DNA from: Podarcis cretensis
Taxonomy: Eukaryota
Length of the DNA: 64,000 nucleotides
Direction: 5' to 3'
Assembly: GCA_951804945.1 (NCBI GenBank)
Contig: OX638152.1
Location: 44,640,001-44,704,000 of the forward strand
Part shown: one piece after another, positions 25,691 to 36,815 of the stretch
How positions within the stretch are numbered: position 1 is the stretch's first letter
Layout of the letters: the number at the start of each line of letters is the position of its first letter
Program-made: the position numbers and the translations under genes
The notes under the pieces: generated by a model
The model's input: the letters and a program-made list of their open reading frames with translations, nothing else
Database searches by the model: none
Told to the model about the DNA's origin: nothing

Positions 25691-25789
25691 ATCATGCCAC
25701 AATTGGTGGCATTTTGGCAGCAGTCATTCGTAACCGGAGAAATTGGTGCTGGAGTGCTGTGTCCTTGCCCACCCCACAAGTGGTGATAG
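25691..25789 (+). other. Candidate 99-nt exon (unassigned gene)
   Basis: Polypyrimidine acceptor ttgtctttgccttctttag and donor atag|gtaagg; length divisible by 3; one frame open. Confidence 0.3.
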
Positions 25790-26149
25790 GTAAGGACACT
25801 AGCATTGTCTTTCTACTTCCACTTAAACGTTTAAATCTGACCCATAGTTTGATATTAATGGATGGTTATTATTCTGTTGTTGTTTTTTAAAAATCTATTT
25901 TTATTGTGCCCTACTTGGGATTTGTTGTCTAGGAAAGGCAGGCTAGAAATTGCTTAAAACAAATGTAATTAACCTGGTGCAAGTATGCCCCCAGGTTGCC
26001 TTCAGAAGCATTTAATTATTTAGAATGCATTTATTATGAGCATCATTCAAATTCCCAGGGGGACTTTTCTGAGGGGGGGAATCAACAAAACATTTAAAGT
26101 AATTGTGCTTTTTTAAAAGGCCAGGCAGTAGCCATGATAACATAGCATA

Positions 26150-26407
26150 TAATCCATCAGCAAAAGGAAATCAAGTCTAAACGTCTTGGGGAGATATAAA
26201 GGTCTTTGCCTCGTGCCAATAATGCAATGTAGGCACCAGGTGATCTTTGCTGGGGAAAGAATTCCACAGCTGAGATGCTGTCCCTGAGTAGGACCCCTCT
26301 CTGATAGCTGCCCCCTCACCTCAGATGGCAGAAGAGTCCATAGAAGGCCCTCTACTTTAGACAGGCAGCTATTCTAATCAGTACGTGGGTGGCAGGAAGG
26401 GGAGAAG

Positions 26408-26408
<1 letters not shown>
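26150..26408 (-). mobile_element. Old L2 3' fragment (target of the young L2)
   Basis: ggggaaagaattccacagc...gagtaggacccctct...agaaggccctc parallels 26627-26730 of the young L2. Confidence 0.6.
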
Positions 26409-26457
<49 letters not shown>

Positions 26458-27622
26458 TTATTATTTATACCCCGCCCATCTGGCTGGGCCTCCCCAGCCA
26501 CTCTGGGCGGCTTCCAAAAGAATATTAAAATACTATGATACATCAAACATTAAAAGCATCCCTGAACAGGGCTGCCTTCAGATGTCTTCTAAAAGTCTGG
26601 TAGTTGTTGTTCTCTTTGACATCTGGTGGGAGGGCATTCCACAAGGAGGGCGCCACTACCGAGAAGGCCCTCTGCCTGGTTCCCTGTAACTTGGCTTCTC
26701 GCAGTGAGGGAACCGCCAGAAGGCCCTTGGTGCTGGACCTCAGTGTCCGGGTAGAACGATGGGGGTGGAGACGCTCCTTCAGGTATACTGGACCGAGGCC
26801 GTTTAGGGCTTTAAAGGTCAGCACCAACACTTTGAATTGTGCTCGGAAACGTACTGGGAGCCAATGTAGGTCTTTCAAGACCGGTGTTATATGGTCTCGG
26901 TGGCCGCTCCCTGTCACCAGTCTGGCTGCTGCGTTCTGGATTAGTTGTAGTTTCCGGGTCACCTTCAAAGGTAGCCCCACGTAGAGTGCATTGCAGTAAT
27001 CCAAGCGGGAGATAACCAGAGCATGCACCACTCTGGCGAGGCAGTCCACAGGCAGATAGGGTCTCAGCCTGCGTACCAGATGGAGCTGGTACACAGCTGC
27101 CCTGGACACGGATTTAACCTGTGCCTCCATGGACAGCTGTGAGTCCAAAATGACTCCCAGGCTGCGCACCTGGTCCTTCAGGGGCACAGTTACCCCATTC
27201 AGGACCAGGGAGTCCTCCACACCTGCCCGCCTCCTGTCCCCCAGAAACAGTACTTCTGTCTTGTCAGGATTCAATCTCAATCTGTTAGCCGCCATCCATC
27301 CTCCAACCGCCTCCAGACACTCACACAGGACCTTCACCGCCTTCACTGGTTCTGATTTGAAAGAGAGGTAGAGCTGGGTATCATCCACATACTGATGAAC
27401 ACCCAGCCCAAACCCGCTGATGATCTCTCCCAGCGGCTGCATGTAAATGTTGAAAAGCATGGGGGAGAGGACAGAACCCTGAGGCACCCCACAAGTGAGA
27501 GCCCAGGGCTCTGAACACTCATCCCCCACCACCACTTTCTGAACACGGCCCAGGAGGAAGGAGCGGAACCACTGTATGACAGTGCCCCCAGCTCCCAGCC
27601 CCTCAAGACGGTCCAGAAGGAT
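26409..27622 (-). mobile_element. Young 5'-truncated L2 LINE
   Basis: (ATT)n tail at 26409-26456, short 3' UTR, open RT frame up to the truncation point. Confidence 0.93.
26543..27622 (-). CDS. L2 ORF2 reverse transcriptase, C-terminal part (partial, no true start)
   Basis: GVPQGSVLSPMLFNIY, QYVDDTQLY, LNPDKTE, SRLDYCN, HITPVLKDLHWLP motifs; frame stays open upstream of the listed ORF (ILLDRLEGLG...QWFRSFL). Confidence 0.9.
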   Translation of the reverse strand: MLLDRLEGLGAGGTVIQWFRSFLLGRVQKVVVGDECSEPWALTCGVPQGSVLSPMLFNIYMQPLGEIISGFGLGVHQYVDDTQLYLSFKSEPVKAVKVLCECLEAVGGWMAANRLRLNPDKTEVLFLGDRRRAGVEDSLVLNGVTVPLKDQVRSLGVILDSQLSMEAQVKSVSRAAVYQLHLVRRLRPYLPVDCLARVVHALVISRLDYCNALYVGLPLKVTRKLQLIQNAAARLVTGSGHRDHITPVLKDLHWLPVRFRAQFKVLVLTFKALNGLGPVYLKERLHPHRSTRTLRSSTKGLLAVPSLREAKLQGTRQRAFSVVAPSLWNALPPDVKENNNYQTFRRHLKAALFRDAFNV

Positions 27623-27659
27623 CTTCTAACTGCCCCCCAACCTGAAACCCCTCTGTAGC

Positions 27660-28007
27660 TCGGGGCGACTGGAGCCTTTTTGGTGCCTGAGGCAAAGCGT
27701 CTCACCACCACCCACCCACATGCCACCGGGGATGGGGAGGACTCTGCAAAGACTTCTGGAATGCTTCCCTCTTGCCAGAGAGCTTTGCCACTGGTCACTT
27801 TCTGCCACTAGGGATGAGGAAGACCAGCAGCAAACCCATGGGGAAGAACACTGTGCCACTGCCACTGCCTCCCTTACCTGGGTTGCTTCTCCAGCAGCAA
27901 TGGAAGCTGTGAGGCAGACAGGATGCCCATGGGGGCACCGCCTCTTGCATTTCTGTTGCCTGAGGTGGCTTCTCCACTCCACCTAATATGTATGTGGGCT
28001 GGCTCTG
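27660..28007 (-). mobile_element. Non-autonomous hAT (Tip100-like), related to 14402-14749
   Basis: Ends ...gggctggctctg; TSD tctgtagc / tatgtagc (7/8); shared ttgcctcagg-type subterminal motifs. Confidence 0.65.
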
Positions 28008-29569
28008 TATGTAGCTATGAGGTGCAAGCTGGAGTTTGTGCCACTATAATTACAAGTTCCTATAGAGACTGAAATGTAGGAAACACCATCTTCTGTTTGA
28101 TTATTTTCCACATGGAGGCTGGTACTTCACAAAGGTAGAGCTACACAAAGCACTGTTTGCTATGGTAACGTTTAATGATAGATAAAAGTCACTGTACTTT
28201 TTCAAAATAAACTATAATTACATAAATTGTTTTTACAGCTTTTTCTGCTTTTTTCTTCTCACTTTTTACGTAGCCAAAGTCACCCACATCTGAGCCACAA
28301 AGAGAAATGGCCTGATTTTGTTTTCATGCTCCATGTGTTCTGTAAACAGATGCCAAGATGGCAGTTTGGTAGTGAGCAGATGCAGGCTATTATTACACAA
28401 AAACCCAGGGCAAACTTTGCCATTGTTCTACTGCCCAGTCACTATCTATGTGTTTACAGAAGATAAACAAAAAATAGTCCTGGAATGCAGCTAGACATCA
28501 ACAGTGTTTATCATTGAACAACCCTTCTGTTAACTAAAATAATAATAGTCTTCATTTTCTTAACAGTCTTTCTTTCTTTCACAATAACCAATGTACTTCT
28601 TCTTCCATCATCCTTTTTTTCTTTAATTTATTTAATATAGAAAATCTCAAATTATTCACATAAACCTGTACCAAAACTTTTATATTTGATTGACTGTAAA
28701 TAAATCCACTTGCATGGCCATGTAGCAGAGATTATATTGATCCTATACCTAGCATCTAAAAGTCTTTGGGTCCATAATCCACATATAACCTGACACACCC
28801 ATGTCATAATACATGGGCAGCACATTTTAGCCATGTAGCAGAGAAAATTTACAGAAGAACAAGGCAGTAATCTGAAAGACAAGGAACATAATAAGCAGAG
28901 GGAAAGAGGGGATTCTTGGGGTACGGCATCATCATAACCATGTGGGTATGTGGAACTGAGATGTCATTGTGCTTGCTATATGGTCCTGGCTGATAAAGAC
29001 CACGCCACTCAGATCTACTTAGAAGTCATTTTAAGTAGAAATAATTGTGTATTTTATTTGTTATATTAATATATAGTATTAGTATGATAAAATACAATTC
29101 TTCAAAGCAGCTGAAAAATAGGCATAGAGAATGTGGGTGGGGGGGGACCATAAGTTACAAAACTGAAATACAAGAAGCAACAAAATACAATTAAAATCAA
29201 TATACATTCTGCAGACCAACTGTATAAAGCTTGTGGACCACTTGATTTATTTCATTATTGTCTACATTGGAAACAGACAGGATTCTTTCCCAGGCCTACC
29301 TGGAGATGCCAGGAACTAAACCTGAGATTCGCTGCATGAAAAATGCAGTGATTTACCACTGAGATGCAGCCCTTTGCCAGTGAGAAAGGCCATGCCAAGT
29401 AAAATGGTTATGTCTACATATTAAAAAATGGAGAAGCATAATGAGCAAAGCTTATAGAACTCTGTGGGCTTTGATAGGTCATATAGTTGTGCAATCACTT
29501 CCTTCATATCGAGTGTGAGGTGGAGTCACCTGAACTGGAAAGTGGAGATAGCTAACCAGGGATGTATAA

Positions 29570-29920
29570 TTAAAGCTATGAAGAGTTTCTGAAAGACTTG
29601 TCTTGTTCTGGGATACGGATGGTAGGATTCAATGATTTGGAACAGAGGTGTGGGATATAGCTACTAATGACAAATTAACATGTGCCATTAAGGTAAGGTG
29701 TGGAATATGCAGGAGAAATGATTCTGAGACATGAAAGGTGCTTGTAGAATTTGTACTGTTAAAACAGAAAGAGGGCAAACCATCGCAAGAGGTGTTGAAA
29801 TTTTGGGAGATTGGATAGTTAACAATGGAATGGTCTCGAGGGTGGGGTGCACATTTTTATTCTCATTAATTTATGATTATTACTTTGTCAAAATAAAAAT
29901 AAAAAGCATTCAAAAAAACC
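29570..29920 (+). mobile_element. L1-type LINE 3' end, degraded
   Basis: Translates EVWDIATNDKLTCAIKVRCGICRRNDSET*KVLVEFVL...FWEIG*, resembling squamate L1 ORF2 C-termini; followed by aataaa and an A-rich tail. Confidence 0.65.
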
Positions 29921-30947
29921 ATATCTCCCTTCACATTTAAAAGGTCCTCCTGACGTCAAAGATGCTGGATTTAAGCCACTCAACAGATAATAAGCTTGTG
30001 TTCATCATTTCCCTGATAACTGAGAAAGTCTCTCATTAATCATTAAATGTGTGTATATTTATTTTTGTACTCATAGAGGTGGGGGGTTCATCTTTAATTG
30101 CTCAGGTACCAAGTAATGACAGTTCTTTTTGTCCCCTTGCTGTGGGCTAATTAGCTATTGGAATAAGATATAGGAATGATTGATTTGTGAGATTCTTTTT
30201 TTAAAAAAAATTGTCATTGTGAGCAGGCATTCTCAATTCTTCAGACTTAACAACATACTATTTACTTTTTATACTTTCTTGGGAGCACTAGCAAAATGCT
30301 AGGTGAGGATATTCCTTTCTTACAAAAGGAAGAGGTGCTAAAAGCAACAGTTGGCAACATAATGCAGTAAAATCTGTTAATAGAGTACAATTCTTTGGGG
30401 GAAATGCTACATTTAATTCCTAGGATCTTTATCGCAGATACTGTCTATTCGCAAGTTTTATTGACAGCCATCTGATACATTTATTACTTGTGGCATATTA
30501 ATAGTGTTATGAGCATAGCTCCCTAGGTTTATATATTCTAAGAAACTCATATTGGAATGATGTGACTGAAAGGATTTTCTTCTGAGATAACCCTTATAGT
30601 AATTCTTCAATATATTGTTTCCAGATTTTAACTTGAAAGCATCAGACATCACATGCTTGTGTCAAAATGTTGAAGAGTTATCAGTGTTCTGTTTTTCTCT
30701 AAAAATCTGAGGTGGGCTCTAGGAATAAACACTAGGAACAAGTCAACAATAACATTAAAGCACATCCAAAGCACATTTTTCACCCTCAAAGAATTCTGGG
30801 CACTGTATTTACCCCTCAAAGAGTTATAATTCCCAGCAGCACTTAACAAACAGCAGCACCTATAATTATTTGACGGTGTAAAATATATAGTGTTTATGTG
30901 ACCTAAGATTACAATAAATGTAAAGTAACAATGCAATGTTAGAATTA

Positions 30948-31321
30948 TAGGTAAAAGGTAAAGGTAAAGGACCCCTGGATGGTTAAATCCAGTCAAAGGC
31001 AACTATGGGTGTGGCAGTCATCTCGCTTTTCAGGCCAAGGGAGCCAGCGTTTGTCCACAGACAGCTTTCCGGGTCATTTGGTCACCATGACTAAACCGCT
31101 TCTGGCGCAACAGGAAACCAGAGCACACGGAAATGCCATTTACCTTCCCGCTGCAGTGGTACCTATTTATCCACTTGCACTGGCGTGCTTTCAGATTGCT
31201 AGGTTGGCAGGAGCTGGAACAGAGCAACGGGAGCTCACCCCATCACGGGGAATTGAACTGCCGACCTGCCTATCAGCAAGCCCAAGAGGCTCAGTGGTTT
31301 AGACCACAGCGCCACCCGTTT
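30948..31321 (-). mobile_element. Sauria SINE, full length
   Basis: (aaaggt)n tail on plus strand; TSD tgttagaatta (30937-30947, 31322-31332). Confidence 0.93.
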
Positions 31322-31739
31322 TGTTAGAATTAAATAACTACATAGGCATATCTACATAGATGTATGCACCATTGAACTTAATTGAACTTACTTCACACAA
31401 ACAGGTATAGAGTTCTGTTGTAGAGTTAATAAAAATAGGAAGTTTACCTGAGAGGCAAGAGCATAGAATGAAACCTAGGATTGCATAGAGACAGAGGAGG
31501 CCTGACAGAAGAAGGAAGCAATTGAACATATTTTATTCATTTATTTATTTAGAAGCAATCGAACATATCACAGTCAGCTTTTGCATTGAAAGATGCATGA
31601 GTAACCAGCAACAAAATGCAGCCATTTATCCTCATCTTTTAGGAGGAGTACTCCTGTTCAGGGAGTCAGCCAAACAGTCAAGCCCTCCTCAAGGATGCCA
31701 CAGTTTGTAAGGGCCTGAAGCAGAACATTATATTCCAAC

Positions 31740-32175
31740 TAGAGATGGACAAATCTATCATTTTCAGTTTCTCTAAAGTTTTCATTTTTCCAATCTTAAG
31801 TTCCATTTCCCACATTTTTGGCATCCGTTTGCATTCAAAAAACTCCTCCTGAAAATTTTTCCTAATATAAAACATGTCTGAATGTTGTTTTCACCAATGT
31901 ACACCTATTTCTGCAGACATTTTCTAGCAGACATTCTTTTTGTACATATTATTTTGGCTGGAGAGCTGCATCACAAAATTCAGAGAGGTGCAGATCTTGA
32001 CGAACAGCTGGATTTTTGTCAATGCATTGTTTTGAGACATGCAAATTAGGTAGGCTCATGTTAAAATGAAGATCCCCAAAACAGCACATGGGGGTCAGGG
32101 GGGTCATTCCATGTGGCAAGTTGAAATGCTTGTGCAGACAGAACAATATGAAAAACACGTTAAATTAGACCTTAT
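31740..32175. repeat. Old interspersed repeat, possibly DNA-transposon derived
   Basis: tagagatggacaaatctatcattttcagtttctc... resembles 49040-49180 (inverted) and 53285-53590. Confidence 0.45.
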
Positions 32176-33294
32176 ATGTTTCAAACCTTTTAAAGAGGTA
32201 GCATATCAAATATTTTTCATTTGTGATTATTGGATCAGTTACACAATCTGCTTAATGATGTGCATAACCAATGGATCAAAACTAATTGATCTGAGTATAA
32301 CCTACATTTGTGGAGCAGATTATTCTTTCCTGGAGTCATAGTGCCTCCTTCCTTTTAAACAAAACAAGTAGCTTTTCAACATTCCTGTCCAAATCTGAAT
32401 GGACATTTCAGTGCTCCACAGAGCTTACGCTAGGATTTATTAAACCAGCAACAATCAGTCTAGGATTGTGTTTTTGTGTTTTCAATTCCCCGATACTGAA
32501 GTGCTTGTCCTCTGTCTTGTTCCTGTCAGAGCTGATTGCTTATCTATTGTGAGACTTTAAAATTATATGCTTGTTAATGAGTCCAAATGTGGTGAACCTG
32601 TTTTTAAAGAAAGGATGGACAATCACAAATATGCCGAATGGGCAAGCTGCAGCCCAGAGCCTTACTGTATGCTGTTTATGTGAGAAAATGAAGCAACAGA
32701 TAATTTGTTCATATTTTCATGCATTTATTTTTTTGTAAAAACAAACGAATATTACACAGACTCAACAGCTTCTTATCTATTGCTAACACTTGGGATGCTT
32801 AACCTTTCCTTGCCAGCCCATTTTCTTCTGAAATTAACCCAGCTGCTGTAGCACCCTGCTTGTGGTTAACGCTTAGCTGGAATGAAATATTCAACGCAGC
32901 AATAGAGAAATTAAAATAATAATTTATTTGTCAGACAAATAAATATGAGGCACAGTGGTATATGGTTACCAAGCTCTGGCCTGGCCTCCTGCCATTCTGG
33001 CCAGCACTTATATTTCCTTAATCCAGCCCCCTTGCTCCTCCTGTGGCTGCCTCTGTCCAATCAGCCTGGTTGAAATTCCTATTGGCTGTTTGCTAGAACC
33101 AATCACAAAAGATACACCCATTTCCTCTTGTCCTTTTATGGGAAACAAAAAGCTATATATTCTTCTATCTATAAATGACAAATAAGTAGTAATATATCTT
33201 ACATGTGTCTCAGCAAGGAACCTTAATTACCAGCTCACCTCGCCCTATTGCCCTCCAAAACAGATGGTTAATCTTAAATTTTTATCTTAAACAG

Positions 33295-33450
33295 ATGTCA
33301 AGGATCATCATTGAAAGATCTCCTTCTCTTGAAGGTCTTTTAAACAAAGGCCTGACAACTATATGTGTGCTCTAATGATGTTTCCTGCTTGGCAAGGGGG
33401 GCTAGGCTGGTGGCTGATGGCCCCTGTGATCTCTTCCAACTATATGAAAT
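33295..33450 (+). mobile_element. CR1 3' fragment
   Basis: tctccttctcttgaaggtcttttaaacaaaggc...ttcctgcttggcaagggggg...tcttccaactatatga. Confidence 0.7.
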
Positions 33451-34483
33451 AAGAATCTAGCATAAGGATTTAACATTTCTTAGCTTCTAATTCCTTTGCA
33501 TAATTACATTTAAGCCAATATATTTAATACATAACATAGATAGCTTTTTAAAAGGAAAAGAAATCTTAAAAGGATCTCAATTTAAGAAAGAAACAACTTT
33601 AGAAAAAGACTTCCCAAAATACTCTCTTCCTTTCTGCCAGCTAGATGCTTTTCCATTGCTCTTGACCTTTGAACCTTAGGAAAATATGGCTCAAGTTGAA
33701 TGGGAGGCACATGATTTTATTTTACTATTTACCCACTCTTAATTATGTTTTTCTCTGCTTTTTTATCTTCTGTAATATGTAGGGTCAGTGTAACCTTGGC
33801 TGTCAGCCTGTAATTCCCTTTGACTTTGAGAATTGTTTTCTGCTATAAATCAGGGGGGCCCCTTATCCAGGAGAATAAACATCTTGCCAAGGTTCTTAGG
33901 CAGCTGCTCTTCTGCCTGGCATGAACATTTGAAGATCTTTAAGCTCATTTTAAAATACAGGCCCTGATCAAGCCTTAATAAAAATGCAGGCTATGATTAG
34001 ATGCCTCACTGCCTCACTACCACAGGATTTCAAACAAGGGAAAATAACCACAGGTGTAGGAAATTACTGGCTGGAAAAAAGCTCTGGATAACGTATGAAG
34101 AAGAAGATGGCAGAAAGAGGAAGGGTTAAGTACTCCCTTTCTGTCTCCTCTAGTATAGGTTGACCTTCTCCAAAGGGCACTTTGTAGTAGAGCAACCAGG
34201 GCTGTCTTCAGATATGGCTGTTGTGTCATGTGTCTCAAATTCACAGTGAAATCCTTTGGTGGGAATTATTTTGGTGATGGGTCCAAAGCAATGTCAACAG
34301 ACAATATTTGGATTTTTAAAAGGTCACAGTTTTAGTTTTGAGTTCCCAACAAATCATCAAGAAAGGCATGACATCAGCCAACATAACAGAGTTAACATTG
34401 CAAACTTGTCCAGTTTCATTGATAACAATATGGCATAGGACGTGGTTCCACTGAGAATGAAGAATTGACTTTGGCCATTTTGT

Positions 34484-35889
34484 TGTTAGGAGTTTGTGGG
34501 TGCCAGACCTTTTAACCTCTGGACCCAGCAGATTTTAAATTTAAACCATGTAAAATATAAGCCAGGCTGGCTTCCTGATGAAGTAGGCACCTGTGGAGAT
34601 TGCCCATTAAAAGGGGGGAAAGGGAAGGGTGATGACCCATTAAGAAAGCTATTAAGAAGGCAAATACTCTGTGCCAGATGAAAAATGGGAGGAGCTCAGC
34701 CTGCAGCTCTGAGCAGAAGACAAAAAGAGACTTTCTGAAGCAGACTGGAGAGTTTAGGATGTGGTGTTGCAAGCTGTAAAATGCAGCAAGATGCAGAGGC
34801 AGAGCCAGATTTCAGAAACAAATTGAATTCAAGGCTGCAGATATCGGAGAAGCACAAACATCTTGAGGTGTGAATGCTGTGCACCTTTCCATGGTGGGCT
34901 CAGGTTGCATATATGTGTAAATAAGCCATATATCATAAAGACACCATAGTGTCTGTTGTGTCTCATTTCCAAAAGGAAACATCGACCCTAGGCAAGTGTT
35001 CCTGGACTGTAACACCACTCAGAGATTCTGACACCAATACTGGTGTTAGAAGTGGGATCTGTGTTTCCTGGAGAAAAGACTCCTGAGCAAGATGTGCCCG
35101 AGTCAAGGAACAGCAACATTTCTGAAGCAGGTCAGGTTGATGCTTTAGCAGCAGAAGCAGCAGAAACAAATGAAGCAACTAGAGCAAATGATCCAATGCC
35201 TGAGCCAGTGGTTTGATAAAACAGACCACCTGCTGACAGAGTGTGAGAGAAACCTTCATGGAGAGGGAAGTTTGACTCTACGCCAATTGAGAGCCCTCTT
35301 TGATGAGATGTTACAAGGGGTTAAGAGTGACCCAGGTGCCCTGCCAGAGATCCAGAACATGGATGGTCACTCCAAAGCATTGCAGTCAGTAGCTGAAGGC
35401 AAGGAGGCAAGTGGCTCTGAAAAGGGCTAGCTGGTTGGAAATGTGAAGCTGCTGCTAATTGATTTCTCCACTGCCTAGGTGCCTGCTGTGGAAAAGGAAG
35501 AGTGTTGTGGAGAAGGACTGACTGGCTGGAAATGAACCTCTTCTGATAGATTTATTGGCTCCCTGGGAGCCTTCCAGAAAAGGGGTGCAGCAGGAAGAAT
35601 TGGAGATGTGTGAGAACAAGCATGAAAAGCTCAATGGGTTGGGAGTGTGATATGCTAGGAGAACAGCAGCAGCAGCAGCCAGCGCCAGAGAGAAAGGTGA
35701 TACTTCCCCGTGTGGCTGAGGAAAAGGCAGTGTTTTCCTGTACCAGAGGAGCAGCTAGAGGAACAGTGGCCTCCTGCTGAATTGGGTCAGATACCTCATA
35801 TACATTTTGCCCCTTGGATGCCCTAATATGCTCTTGGGGGGGGGACCTGTCCCTATACAAGGTGCAGCCCTTAAGCAGGCTCCAGCAGC
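34484..35889 (+). mobile_element. Internally deleted Gypsy-type LTR element (5' LTR, PBS, gag-like relic, PPT, truncated 3' LTR)
   Basis: LTR ~34484-35039 homologous to LTRs at 60.9-62.1 kb; PBS at 35041-35058; G9 polypurine tract at 35836-35844 followed by tgt. Confidence 0.7.
35041..35058 (+). other. tRNA-Leu primer binding site
   Basis: tggtgttagaagtgggat is 17/18 complementary to the vertebrate tRNA-Leu 3' end ATCCCACTTCTGACACCA, directly after the LTR. Confidence 0.85.
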
Positions 35890-36072
35890 CATAGACCCTA
35901 CAAGTGTCCCTATTTTCTAGGGACAGTCCAGGATTTACAGAAGCCATCCTGGCTTCTGATCAGATCCCAGAATGTCCCGCTTTTCCTTAGGATGTCGCCA
36001 TCGTCACTGGAGAAATATTGGGGGGTATGGTAGGCTGTCCCTATTTTCATGTGAGAAATGTTGGAGGGTATA
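35890..36072. mobile_element. hAT-like MITE
   Basis: catagaccctacaa / ttggagggtata inverted ends; repeated tgtccctatttt motifs; TSD not preserved. Confidence 0.6.
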
Positions 36073-36082
36073 AAGATTTGTG

Positions 36083-36249
36083 ACTCCCAAGCCAAGGAGA
36101 TAAGTAGCTAGACAAGTTTTAGAAAACATCTGAAGACAGCCCTGAATAGGAAAGGTTTTTTTTAAAAAATAAGTTAAATGCTTTATTATGTTTTTATAAA
36201 TGTTGGAAGCTGCCCCGAGTGGCTGGGGCATCCCAGTCAGATGGTGGGG

Positions 36250-36298
<49 letters not shown>
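36083..36298 (+). mobile_element. L2 3' fragment (same family as 26409-27622)
   Basis: ttagaaaacatctgaagacagccctg and ggaagctgccccgagtggctgggg...ggggtataat match the reverse complement of 26460-26600; ends in (AAT)n. Confidence 0.8.
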
Positions 36299-36815
36299 TT
36301 GAATTAATTTATATCCTGCCATATACTTGGAGGTCTCAGGGCAGCTCACAGAACAAAACGAGAACACAACACCACAAAATACATAATCACAATAAAAGCA
36401 ACAACCCAATAACCCCCTTAAAAATGCATTTTAAAAGGGCATAGGATGTCAATCAAATCCACCAAATGCTTGGTTAAAAAGGAACATTTTTGCCTGGTGC
36501 CTAAAGGTGTATAATGAAGGTGCCAAGCAAACTTCCTTGGGGAGAGCATTTCACAGACAGAGAGCCACTGCAGAGAAGGCCCGTTCTTGTGTTGGCACCC
36601 TCCGGACATCTCAAGGAAGGAGGCACATGAAGGAGGGCCTCAGAAGATGACCTCAGGGTTTGGGTAGGTTCATATTGAAAGAGGAGGTCCTTGAGGTATT
36701 GGGGTCCTGAGCCATTTAATGCTTTATAGGTCAAAACCAGCACTTTGAATTGGGCCCGGAAACTAATTGGCAGCCAGTGCAGTCGGACCAGGTTCGGTGT
36801 AATATGCTCAAAGCT
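36299..36815 (-). mobile_element. L2 3' fragment, second subfamily
   Basis: ORF 36501-36824 EHITPNLVRLHWLPISFRAQFKVLVLTYKALNGSGPQYL, frameshifted downstream. Confidence 0.88.

Noticed and set aside
25691-25730. DHATIGGILAAV resembles the CADM-family juxtamembrane motif DHAxIGG
   Set aside because: The hydrophobic stretch is broken by RNRR after a few residues and no other CADM exon is visible; likely chance, so no gene symbol assigned.
28540-28890. Possible degraded L1 fragment on the minus strand
   Set aside because: Composition is suggestive but no diagnostic motif can be recovered.
34575-34600. Other CTGATGA boxes (also 1401, 4534, 62375) as hammerhead cores
   Set aside because: In those I inspected there is no stem II followed by GAAA and no closing stem I.
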